A stretch of 61,516 nucleotides of DNA, filler included, from Actinomycetota bacterium (GCA_009886115.1; 5 parts of 5 records of this genome joined end to end with filler, not necessarily neighbours in it), one strand, 5' to 3'; numbered from the whole stretch's first letter, positions 51,730-61,016 are shown. The notes: generated by a model from the sequence alone, not told the origin. A program made the numbers and translations.

Positions 51730-53351
51730 GAGCCCGATCCCCACTCGCCGGTGATTTCGAAAGCGGTGGCTTCGAAGGCGGTGGCCCCGTCGACGATCAT
51801 TTCGAAAGCGGTGGTTTCGACGGTACCAACAGGTTCGATCGTCACGTGCAGACGGCACAGGGTGAGCGTGCCATCGACCGATGCGATGGCCAGGTCGGCT
51901 TCGACACGCCGCTGGACGATGCAACGCAGAGCGCCGTCGTCGACGGACGCGCCGAGATGCTCGACGCCGAGGCCCGTCATCGCCCGGGCGAGGACGCGTT
52001 GCAGCCGTGCCATCGCGGGTCCGCTGAGCGTGCGTCCCGCCAACGGCCCGGCGAGCAGCTCTTCGTCGACCTGCCGGGCGGCGTCGAGCTCGGCGGCGCG
52101 CCGTTGCCGCAGAACCCGTTCTTCCAGGGCCCGGTCTCGCAGCGGGCTGGCTCGTCCTCGATTGGTGGTGTCGCCCCGTTCGCGCAACGACACCGGCACC
52201 ACGGCGCGCGGGGCGTCGCGCCACGGCGTTGACGTGGTCACCGGATCGCCGGCGTCGTCGGCCAGCACGCCCCAGTGCGTCGTGGGATGCAGGCCGAACG
52301 CCGCGACGACCAGCTGGGGCAGCTGCTCGGGCGTGGCGTCGTGGAACCACCGGGCGATGCGCAGGAAGTCGGCCCGTCTCGACGACGCCCCGACGCCCAC
52401 CCGCGAGAGACGGGCCAGGTTCAGGGTGAGCGTGCGGATCGCCGCGACGGCCTCCCGACCGAGCTGCTCGATGCGCGATGGTCGACCGCGCCGGCTCACG
52501 AACCATCCCGCAAGATGGTCCCAATCGGCGATGGTGGCTCCGGCGCGACGAGTCACGCTCACCGAGTCGTCGAGCCCGGCCTGGGCCACCCGGGTCGCCA
52601 GGCCCAGATGGGCCCGTTCGACGATGAGCGCGAACCTCGGGGCCAGCTCGTCGAGCACATGGCCGATCGGACGGGCGGTGCGCTCGATCTCGTCGAGTCG
52701 TTCGGCCACGTAGCCGACGAGCACCTCGGCGAAGAACCGGAACTCGTCGGGACTGAGGTCGTAGCGGCTCTGCCACTGGTTGATGGCGGCGAAGAACTGT
52801 GTGATCTCAGCGGTGAAGACCTGATGGGGATCGAACACCGCGCCGACGAGATCGCCCAGGGTGACAGGATCGATCACCGCGATGTCGTGCGCGGCCAGGG
52901 TGCGCAGCGCCTCGAGCAGCACCCGGAGCCGGCCCGTCGAGACGTCGCGCACCTCGTCGACCCGGGCAAGCACGCCCTCGACGAGGTCGTGCACCTCTTG
53001 ACCGGCCCGGGTGATCAGGTAGCGGTTCCGTCGTCGGTAGTAGTCGGCGATGCTCGTGGGGTTGCCGATCGACGTCGACACCGTGAGATTGCCCCAACGG
53101 CGCAGGCTCTCGAGGCGGTCGGCGACCACCGTTGGATCGACGTCGTCGGCCCGAGCGCCGAGCGCCGCCTGCACGTCCTCGGGGGTGAACTCCGAGAAGA
53201 ACGTGCCCGCGAACACCGCCATGATGGCCCGGTACTCGCGCCATTCGTCGCCGCCGAGGTAGCGGAACAGCCGCCGGCCCTGGTCCTCCCGCTCGTCGAC
53301 AGGCGCGGCCGATGAAGTCGGTGCAGTCGGCGCGTTCGGCGTCTCGCTCAT
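51726..53351 (-). CDS. jetA: TIGR02677-like (DUF2397), JetA-like
   Basis: LFRYL...EYRAIM..F, LRRWGNL, SRRADFLRIARWF, AAFGL, WRDAP. Confidence 0.8.
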   Translation of the reverse strand: MSETPNAPTAPTSSAAPVDEREDQGRRLFRYLGGDEWREYRAIMAVFAGTFFSEFTPEDVQAALGARADDVDPTVVADRLESLRRWGNLTVSTSIGNPTSIADYYRRRNRYLITRAGQEVHDLVEGVLARVDEVRDVSTGRLRVLLEALRTLAAHDIAVIDPVTLGDLVGAVFDPHQVFTAEITQFFAAINQWQSRYDLSPDEFRFFAEVLVGYVAERLDEIERTARPIGHVLDELAPRFALIVERAHLGLATRVAQAGLDDSVSVTRRAGATIADWDHLAGWFVSRRGRPSRIEQLGREAVAAIRTLTLNLARLSRVGVGASSRRADFLRIARWFHDATPEQLPQLVVAAFGLHPTTHWGVLADDAGDPVTTSTPWRDAPRAVVPVSLRERGDTTNRGRASPLRDRALEERVLRQRRAAELDAARQVDEELLAGPLAGRTLSGPAMARLQRVLARAMTGLGVEHLGASVDDGALRCIVQRRVEADLAIASVDGTLTLCRLHVTIEPVGTVETTAFEMIVDGATAFEATAFEITGEWGSGS

Positions 53352-53353
53352 GG

Positions 53354-54572
53354 TCACCGCACCTCGTGGCGCGTGCGACCGTCCCAGCGGGCGTGCTCGA
53401 GGACGATGACGCCGAGACCGGCATCGCGCACCACCTCGGTGATCGCCAGCTCGGGAACGGTGGCGTGGGTACCCCAGAGGCGCTCGCTCGTCGCCACGAA
53501 GTCGAGATCGAGCTCGACGAGGAGCCCGAACAGCTTGGGGTGGTTGTCTTCTGAGACCTTGGCGAAGGCGTCGTCGATGACCACGAAGCGAGGCGCGTCG
53601 GCCGCCTTCTCCGAGATGGCGTCGCACGAGGCGGCGACGGCCGCGAACAGGGCGAGGTAGCTCACGACCTTCTTCTCACCCTCCGACAGTGCCGTACGGC
53701 GCGAGAGCCGCTCGTCGCTGCTGCCGGGCCGGTGCAGCATCACGACGGTACGGTGCCAGTTGCGATAGTCGAGCACCTCGGCGACGAGCGATCGGTACGG
53801 GGTGTCGGGCTGCTCGCGCCGGGCCGCCGCGATCCGTTCGGAGAGCGCAGCGACGAGCTCGGCGTCCTCGTCGACGGTTCGCAGGTCGGGTCGCTTCGAC
53901 AGCAGCGTCATCATGGTGACGAGCCCGTCGTCGAGGTCGTCGCGCCGGGTCCATCGGAGCGACACGCCGATGCCGTGAGCGGTGGTCACCGAGCCGAGCC
54001 GCCGGTTCATCAACGTCACGAGCTCACGGGCCGCGTGGAGCTTCTCGGCCACCTCGCGGGCGATGAGCCCCTGCAGCAGGTTGCGCAGCGCCTGATCCTG
54101 CTTGACCGACAGGAGGCTGCTCATCGAACGCAGCTGCGCCCCGACCTCGGCCAGCGCCGCTCGCAGCGGCATCCGCCCGAGCGGACCCGTCACCTCCACG
54201 TGCAGCGGCAGGGTCTCGTCGGGCTGGCGGTCCTCGGCATCCCAGCCGGCTCCCAACGAGTCGCGTCGCTGGCGCAGCGACTGGCGGACGCCGTCGGCGG
54301 TGGTGGGTCCACGCTCGGGCGGGGGCACCCGGGCCCGCAGCGCCTGGGCGAGCGTCCGCAACCCGTCCGACGATTCGTCGACGACCGGGAACACCCGGGC
54401 CTCGGACTGCTGGGACTGCTGGGACTGCTGGGACTGCTGGGACTGCTGGGCGCCCTCGGCGCCCGCGTCCACCGCGCCCTCGGCGCCCGCGTCCACCGCG
54501 CCCTCGGCATCCCCGTCGTCCGCGGTGTCGTGGGCGGATGCGGCCGTGGTGGCCAGGGCCGAGTCGACCAGC
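53354..54572 (-). CDS. jetC: TIGR02680-like SMC ATPase C-terminal part (JetC-like), 5' end cut
   Basis: VLDYRNWH, LSEGEK signature, FVVIDDAF Walker B, LDLDFVATSERLWG. Confidence 0.82.
54403..54506. repeat. In-frame tandem repeats within jetC: 9-bp GGACTGCTG x5 and 21-bp x2
   Basis: They encode QQSQQS... and (M/V)DAGAEGA twice. Confidence 0.85.
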
Positions 54573-54672
54573 NNNNNNNNNNNNNNNNNNNNNNNNNNNN
54601 NNNNNNNNNNNNNNNNTTAATTAATTAANNNNNNNNNNNNNNNNNNNNNNNNNNNNNNNNNNNNNNNNNNNN
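54573..54672. other. Artificial contig linker
   Basis: N-run with TTAATTAATTAA. Confidence 0.98.
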
Positions 54673-55149
54673 CGGCTCACCGGGCAGCGGGCGGTGGACC
54701 TCGGGCAGGTCGCCCTCGTCGCTCGTGACGGTGAGCCCAGCGTCACGAAGGGCCCGCGCCGCCACGCCGTCGCCGTCGACGAGGGTCCGGGTGAACGTGC
54801 CGTCGTAGACGCGCCCCGAGCCGCACGACGGGCTGCGGGCCTTGAGGACGGCCCGTTCGGCTCCGACCGCCCGGGCAAGCTCCACGGCCTGACGGGCACC
54901 GCGCTCGTACGCCGCAGTCACGTCGACGCCGTCGCGGTCGAGCACCCGCAGCCCGTCGCCCGGCTGGATCTCGGCCGCGGTGCGGGGCGTCGGGAGCCCG
55001 CCGGCGAACTCGGGACAGATCGGAAATACCCGGAACCCCTTGGCCGCCAAGGGTTCGCGGAGATCGACCCGGGCTGATCGTCCCTCGTGGTTGCACGCCA
55101 CGCCGCACAGGCACGCCGACACCACGATGGCCGGACGGGCGGCGCTCAC
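54673..55149 (-). CDS. DUF523 family (2-thiouracil desulfidase TudS-like)
   Basis: VSACLCG, ICPEFAGGLPTPR, LKARSPSCG. Confidence 0.88.
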
Positions 55150-56087
55150 GTCCCGGCCAACCGGGCGACGATGGGAGCGAGCTCGGCGGCCCGCTCCGCC
55201 GGGAACGAGAAGTACGAGAACCCGTAGCGCTCTCGGCGCGCCTGCAAGGTCTCGCAGATCCCGTCCACCGTCCCCACCACGACGAGCGGCACCTCGAGCG
55301 CTTCGGCAGCAGAGATGCCGAACAAGGGAGCCATCTCGGCGGCGAAGCCCGCCGGATCGTCGGTGACCTGAGCGACGAACGTGTGGCAGTGGAGCTCGAG
55401 GTCGTCCCAGCGCTCGCCCGCGGCCTCACGGGCCCAGGCCACCTTCTCGTCGAAGCGGACCGCGGTCGCCGTCGCCGCCGCCTCGGGGGTGACGGCTCCC
55501 GCGGCCAGCGATGCGTTGAACGCGACGATGTCGGCGTGCCTGGCGGCGACGGAGAGGATTCGCTTCGATCCCCCGCCGATGAGGATCGGCGGATGGGGCC
55601 GCTGCACCGGGGTGGGAGCGCCGTCGAGCGCGGTCACGGTGTAATGCTCGCCGGCGAACGAGAAGGGCCCGTCCGCCATGAGCCCCTTGATGATAGCGAT
55701 CCCTTCGACCATCCGCTCAATGCGCGTGCCTGGAGCGTCGTACGCCATTCCGGCGGCGTCGTAATCGGCGCGCATCCAGCCGGCACCGAGGCCGAGCTCG
55801 AAGCGGCCGTCGCTCAGGAGGTCGAGTGTCGCCACCTCCTTGGCCAGTACCACCGGGTGCTTGTAGTCGTTGTCGAACACGAGCGCGCCGACGCGCAGCG
55901 TGGTCGTCGCCTCGGCTGCCATCGCCAGTGCCGGAACGGGGGCGAGCTGCGAGTCGACGAAGTGGTCGGGCAGTTGCAGCGTCGAGTAGCCCAGCCCTTC
56001 CAGCGTGCGGGCCAGCTCCCGCCACTCCGTGGCCGACCCGATCCCGTGTGCCTGTGCAGCGAAGCGGAACCTGCGGGGATGTGCCAT
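55146..56087 (-). CDS. F420-dependent LLM-class oxidoreductase (TIGR03621-like)
   Basis: LPDHF, VFDNDYKHP, ELGLGAGW, PVQRPHPPILIGG. Confidence 0.88.
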   Translation of the reverse strand: MAHPRRFRFAAQAHGIGSATEWRELARTLEGLGYSTLQLPDHFVDSQLAPVPALAMAAEATTTLRVGALVFDNDYKHPVVLAKEVATLDLLSDGRFELGLGAGWMRADYDAAGMAYDAPGTRIERMVEGIAIIKGLMADGPFSFAGEHYTVTALDGAPTPVQRPHPPILIGGGSKRILSVAARHADIVAFNASLAAGAVTPEAAATATAVRFDEKVAWAREAAGERWDDLELHCHTFVAQVTDDPAGFAAEMAPLFGISAAEALEVPLVVVGTVDGICETLQARRERYGFSYFSFPAERAAELAPIVARLAGT

Positions 56088-56138
56088 CGCGGCCAGGGTA
56101 GCGACCCGGCCAACTGTCAGCGTCAGACCCCGGACATC

Positions 56139-56191
56139 CCGTTCTTTGTGGCCAGGACCACGCCAGGCGCGGGCTGGGACACAAAGAACGG
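56139..56191. repeat. Intergenic inverted repeat (REP-like)
   Basis: CCGTTCTTTGTG / CACAAAGAACGG perfect 12-bp arms, extendable imperfectly. Confidence 0.7.
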
Positions 56192-56207
56192 AGGGATACG
56201 GGGCGCC

Positions 56208-56948
56208 TCACCCCACCATGGGGCGGAGCTCATCGAGGAGCTCGGGAGTACAGGCAGCGACCACCTGACGTCGCTCGGCGACCGAGACGTCGAGCAGATC
56301 GTGCGGCGACGGCGACCACACCACCCCACCCGCCTCCTGCACGATGAGCATGCCGGCCGTGTAGTCCCACGGCGCCGTGTGCCCGATGCCCACGTAGGCC
56401 TCGACCGAGGCCCCGGCCACGTCGCACAGCCCCAGGGCCTGCGAGCCCAGCGCCCGGTACTGCTTCCACCGCACGGGCCTGCGGGGGAAACCGTCGAGGA
56501 TGAGCACCGAGTCGGCCGCCCGCTCGACGAACGAGACCTGGAGTCGCTCGCCGTGACGCCAGGCGCCCTCACCCCGAACCGCGGTCGTGGCGATCCCGGT
56601 GGCGTGGTTGACCACGTACGCGCACAGCAGACCGTCGGCGTCGAGTGCAGCGATCGAGGTCGCCCAGTACGGGATCCCCCTGGCGCAGTTGGTCGAGCCG
56701 TCGATGGGGTCGATCACCACCATGATCGCCGAATCGGTGGCACCCGTCATCGCCGTCTCCTCCGACAGCACGGCCACCGGGTGCTCGTGCAGCACAGCGA
56801 GCGCAGCGCGATCGGCGACAAGGTCGATCGCATATTGGCCCGGAACGTTGGTGCGAGCCCGGCGGGCCAGTCCCAGCACGGGTTTCACGGCATCGCGCAC
56901 AGCCGCGGCTGCCTGCTCGAAGATGGCGAGCAGGCTGACGGGGGTCAT
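56208..56948 (-). CDS. Inositol monophosphatase family protein
   Basis: LSEE, IDPIDGSTN, RALGS, PWDYTAG. Confidence 0.9.
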   Translation of the reverse strand: MTPVSLLAIFEQAAAAVRDAVKPVLGLARRARTNVPGQYAIDLVADRAALAVLHEHPVAVLSEETAMTGATDSAIMVVIDPIDGSTNCARGIPYWATSIAALDADGLLCAYVVNHATGIATTAVRGEGAWRHGERLQVSFVERAADSVLILDGFPRRPVRWKQYRALGSQALGLCDVAGASVEAYVGIGHTAPWDYTAGMLIVQEAGGVVWSPSPHDLLDVSVAERRQVVAACTPELLDELRPMVG

Positions 56949-57038
56949 GAGCTCCTGGTGTTCGGCAGAAGGCTCGTCGCCGGGCTCGGACAACTCGATG
57001 GGCGGCGCACCTGGTCAATCTACCGGTACGGTTCGAGG

Positions 57039-58502
57039 ATGTCCGAGGCCGCCACACCACGCCCCACACCTGCGCTGTCCGACGGGTGGGTGGCGATCGT
57101 GAAGCGCGACTGCCCCACCTGCACCCTGGTGGTCCCCGCGTTGCGACGGCTCTCGGAGGCGTCCGAGGGCACCCTCACGATCTACACGCAGGACGACCCT
57201 GCGTTCCCCGAGGGCCTGGCGCCGGTCACCGACGCCGACCTGTTCGTGAGCTGGCGACTGCAGGTGGAGACCGTCCCGACGTTGCTCCGGGTCACCGATG
57301 GTCTCGAACGCGACCGGCTCGTGGGCTGGGACGCCGACGCGTGGGCTGCGCTCACCGGCGTCGCCGGCATCGGAGACGGCCTTCCGCCGCACCGCCCGGG
57401 GTGCGGTTCGAAGACGCTCGATCCAGGCATGCCCGAACGTTTGGCGGTCCGCTACGACGGGGAGCGCCTGCGTTCGCGCCGGGCCGAGCTGGCGAGCCTC
57501 GAGGACGACATCGAGGCCTGCTACGACAGGGGATGGTCTGACGGGTTGCCCGTCGTGCCTCCCACACCCGAGCGGGTGCTGCGCATGCTCGCCGGCACCA
57601 CCCGGGCCCCCGACGAGATCGTGACCATCGTTCCCCCCGACTTCAACGAATGCACGGTCGAGAAGGTGGCCATCAACGCCGTGATGGCGGGATGCCTCCC
57701 CGAGTACCTGCCCGTCGTGCTGGCGGCGGTGGAGGCTGCGTGCAACGAGACGTTCAACATGCACGGGCTGCTGTGCACGACCATGCCGCACGCGCCCGTG
57801 ATCGTGGTGAACGGACCGATCGCCAAGGCCATCGGCATGAACGGCGGCGGCAACGTGCTGGGCCAGGGGAACCGGGCCAACTCGACGATCGGACGGGCCC
57901 TGCAGCTCGTCGTGCGCAACGTGGGCGGCGGCAAGCCTGGCGGCATCGATCGGGCCACCCACGGCCAGCCCGGCAAGGTGGGTCTGTGCTTCGCCGAAGA
58001 CGAGGACGGTTCGCCGTGGGAACCGTTGTCGGTCACGCGTGGCATCGAGCCCGGACGCTCAGCGGTGACGCTCTTCGCCGGCGAGGGTCCCCGGGTGGTG
58101 GTCGACCAGCTCTCGCGGCGTCCCGAGTCGCTGGCTCGTTCGCTGGCCGATGCGCTGTTGACCGTCGGCAGCGCCAAGGCCGTCATCGCCTTCGACGCCA
58201 TGCTCGTCGTCGGCCCCGAACACGCTCGGGTCTTTCGCGATGCCGGCTGGACCCGCGACCGGCTCGTGGCCGAGCTGAACACCATGACCACCCGGCCCGG
58301 CTCCGCGGTCGTCCGTGGGGCCGGGGACTGTGACGAGGGCATGCCCGAGGGCTTCGCCGGCGCGCCCGCCGTCCCCAAGTTCCGGCCCGGCGGGCTGATG
58401 ATCGTCCACGCTGGCGGCACCGCCGGGCTGTTCTCGGCCATCATGGGGAGCTGGGCCGCCGGCGAGATCGGTAGCGCACCCGTCACCATGGGCGTCAACT
58501 GA
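57039..58502 (+). CDS. Thioredoxin-like (CPTC) domain fused to an uncharacterised domain (GWSDGLPVVPPT) associated with UGSC loci
   Basis: KRDCPTC, VETVPTL, RPGCGS, EKVAINAVMAGC, GNRANSTIGRAL; TACGGT -10 box 6 nt before the ATG. Confidence 0.78.
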   Translation: MSEAATPRPTPALSDGWVAIVKRDCPTCTLVVPALRRLSEASEGTLTIYTQDDPAFPEGLAPVTDADLFVSWRLQVETVPTLLRVTDGLERDRLVGWDADAWAALTGVAGIGDGLPPHRPGCGSKTLDPGMPERLAVRYDGERLRSRRAELASLEDDIEACYDRGWSDGLPVVPPTPERVLRMLAGTTRAPDEIVTIVPPDFNECTVEKVAINAVMAGCLPEYLPVVLAAVEAACNETFNMHGLLCTTMPHAPVIVVNGPIAKAIGMNGGGNVLGQGNRANSTIGRALQLVVRNVGGGKPGGIDRATHGQPGKVGLCFAEDEDGSPWEPLSVTRGIEPGRSAVTLFAGEGPRVVVDQLSRRPESLARSLADALLTVGSAKAVIAFDAMLVVGPEHARVFRDAGWTRDRLVAELNTMTTRPGSAVVRGAGDCDEGMPEGFAGAPAVPKFRPGGLMIVHAGGTAGLFSAIMGSWAAGEIGSAPVTMGVN

Positions 58503-58593
58503 TCCCAGCCGACTGTGGACCTGCCGCCGCAGCTGCCCGACCACCCGACCACTCATCTACCCGACAGCCCCCACCCGTGAGAGGGAGTCCGAC

Positions 58594-59127
58594 GTGGAGA
58601 TCCAGACGTTCGAACCGCGCACCCTGCTCGACCCCACCGGTGAACAGACGCCCGGTCATCGAGAGCTGAGCGCCCGGCTCGACGGGGTCGGTGGGCGCAC
58701 GATCGCGCTGCTCGACATCTCCAAGGCCCGGGGCGACGTGTACCTCGACGAGCTGGCCCGGCTGCTCGAGGCCCGCGGCGCCGCTGTCGAGCTGTTCCGC
58801 AAGCCCACCTTCACGAAGAACGCCCCCATCGACCTGCGCCACGAGATCGCATCGAAGGCCCACGCCGTCGTCGAGGCGCTCGCCGATTGAGGCAGTTGCA
58901 CGTCGTGCAGTGTGCACGACATCGCCGACTTCGAGCGTCGGGGCATCCCGTCGGTCTTCGTCGCCTCGACCGAATTCGTGGTCGCCGCCGCGGCCCAGTC
59001 GGCTTCGCTCGGCATCGAGCCTCGCTCGGTGTTCGTGCCCCATCCCATACAGGACCGCACCGACGACGAGATGCGGGCCCTCGCCCGGGCATCGATCGAC
59101 GAGATCGTCGCGGCGATCACCCGCTGA
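58594..59127 (+). CDS. UGSC-family selenoprotein (Sec at TGA 58888-58890)
   Basis: ORFs 58594-58890 and 58912-59127 are in the same frame; readthrough gives ALAD-U-GSCTSCSVHD; a hairpin follows the TGA; GAGGGAG RBS. Confidence 0.88.
58902..58920 (+). promoter_or_regulatory. Bacterial SECIS-like hairpin
   Basis: GTCGTGCA-GTG-TGCACGAC, a perfect 8-bp stem with 11 nt between it and the TGA, and G in the loop. Confidence 0.72.
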
Positions 59128-59134
59128 GGTCCCG

Positions 59135-59497
59135 TCAGCTCCGGAGGTAGAAGAACCAACTGGCGATCGAGAGCGTGCCGATCATGAGGATCAACGCCGC
59201 GGCCACGGCCGAGCGGCGCACCTTGCCGTCGGCTCGCCGGGGCAACCGACGGCGAACCCGCTGGAGCAGTCGATCGGCCCAGGCGACGTCCTTGGCCAGG
59301 ATCGACAGGCCCGAGGCGATGATGACCCATCCGGGGCCGGGCAACGGGAGCAACACGATCCCGATCACGACGACCACGAATCCCACGAACATCCGGGGGA
59401 AGCGGACGTACCACGGGGCTCGGCGCCGGGGCCGAGCGTCGCCGCGATCACGATCACGGGCCAGCTCTTCGACTCGACGCTCTGTGCGGCGGCTCAC
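59135..59497 (-). CDS. PGPGW-domain membrane protein
   Basis: LPLPGPGW between hydrophobic helices. Confidence 0.85.
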   Translation of the reverse strand: MSRRTERRVEELARDRDRGDARPRRRAPWYVRFPRMFVGFVVVVIGIVLLPLPGPGWVIIASGLSILAKDVAWADRLLQRVRRRLPRRADGKVRRSAVAAALILMIGTLSIASWFFYLRS

Positions 59498-60399
59498 AGC
59501 GCGATCCGCTCGGGATGGCTGTAGACGTTGAACCCTCCGTCGCGGACGAAGCCCGCCACGGTCACGCCGAGCCGGCGGGCGGCATCGACGGCCAGGCTCG
59601 ACGGCGCCGAGACCGCAGCGATGAACCCGATCCCTGCCATGGCCGCCTTCTGCACGATCTCGAAGCTCACCCGGCCCGAGACGAACAGCGCGCGCGAGCG
59701 CAACGTGTGGAGACCGCCGTTCAAGAACGCGTGGCCGATGACCTTGTCGACGGCGTTGTGACGGCCCACGTCTTCGCGCACGATGCTCAGCTCACCCGCG
59801 GCGTCGAACAGCGCGGCCGCGTGGAGGCCACCGGTGGCACTGAACACGCGTTGGCCGACCCGGAGCCGCTCGGGCATCACGACGAGCACGCCCCGAGGGA
59901 CGATGGGCCCCGGCCACATCGGCGGGCACTGGCGCTCCACCTGGTCGAGGCTGGCCGCGCCGCAGATGCCGCACGATGCGTTCGTCGTGAACCGGCGCAC
60001 CTGATCGGGCAGGGTCACGTGTCGCCTGACTCGCACGGTGACGATGTTGTACTCCTGCTCCCCCTTCACCGGACCGCAGTACGCCACGGTCTTGATCACG
60101 TCGTCGGCGTGCAGGATGCCCTCGGTGACGCAGAACCCCACGGCCAGCTCGAAGTCGTGCCCCGGCGTGCGCATGGTGACGGCCAGCGGCGGCACCTCAC
60201 CGTGCGGACCGCCGACGCGGATCTCCATCGGTTCCTCGGCGGCCAGCTTGTCGGGCCGTTCCCGAGCCGGGCCGCCGTCGCCCGGAACGACCAGCACCCG
60301 AACCTCGGCCGTCGAACGCCGCGGCGTACGGCGCGATATCGCCGGTGAGCCGGTCGGGTGCGATCGACCGGTGCCGGTGGGAATCTGTCCCTCGCTCAT
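59494..60399 (-). CDS. fdhD: Formate dehydrogenase accessory sulfurtransferase
   Basis: EEPMEIR, MRTPGHD, SCGICG, TGGLHAA, EDVGRHNAVDK, SGRVSFE. Confidence 0.93.
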   Translation of the reverse strand: MSEGQIPTGTGRSHPTGSPAISRRTPRRSTAEVRVLVVPGDGGPARERPDKLAAEEPMEIRVGGPHGEVPPLAVTMRTPGHDFELAVGFCVTEGILHADDVIKTVAYCGPVKGEQEYNIVTVRVRRHVTLPDQVRRFTTNASCGICGAASLDQVERQCPPMWPGPIVPRGVLVVMPERLRVGQRVFSATGGLHAAALFDAAGELSIVREDVGRHNAVDKVIGHAFLNGGLHTLRSRALFVSGRVSFEIVQKAAMAGIGFIAAVSAPSSLAVDAARRLGVTVAGFVRDGGFNVYSHPERIAL

Positions 60400-61016
60400 G
60401 GTGTCACCTCGGCGTGAAGCCCGAGCCGGTGGAGGTCGGCGGGCGTGTCGACATCGGCGAGCACCATCGCCCCGCCGACAGGAGCGAAGGCCGGCTCCCG
60501 CAACGCGGTCCACGGGACCCGTTCCAGCAGCGCCCGCATCGACCGCACCCCCGTGGCGAGCAGCCTGGATGCACATTCGAGCGCATCGGGCGACCAGCGG
60601 GCGCACAGCACCTGCGCCCGTCCTTCGACGACCGGTACCACCGACGCCCGTGCCGGATGGTCGACGATGATCGTCAGCGCTGCGGCGGTGATGAACGGCA
60701 GATCGACCGCGAGGACCAGGACCGGGCCCTCGTGGCCCCGCTCGAGGAGCCACCGGTGGCCGGTGACCAAGGCCGCCAACGGGCCCGCCCCGGGTGTCTC
60801 GTCGGCCACCCGGGCCAGCCCCGAGACCCCCGGCCCGACCTCGACCGCACGGGGACACGCCTCGAGCAGGATCGAGCCCGAACGCTGGCCCAGGCTCCAC
60901 GGGGCGTCATCGACGACGAGGCGCGCCTTGTCGGCACCCATGCGCCGACTCGCCCCTCCCGTGAGGAGCACTCCAGCGACCGATCCTGGCTCTGACAGCG
61001 CACCATCCCGAGACAT
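60396..61016 (-). CDS. mobA: Molybdenum cofactor guanylyltransferase
   Basis: LTGGASRRMGADKA, GPLAAL, AVDLPF, DVDTPAD. Confidence 0.88.
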   Translation of the reverse strand: MSRDGALSEPGSVAGVLLTGGASRRMGADKARLVVDDAPWSLGQRSGSILLEACPRAVEVGPGVSGLARVADETPGAGPLAALVTGHRWLLERGHEGPVLVLAVDLPFITAAALTIIVDHPARASVVPVVEGRAQVLCARWSPDALECASRLLATGVRSMRALLERVPWTALREPAFAPVGGAMVLADVDTPADLHRLGLHAEVTP

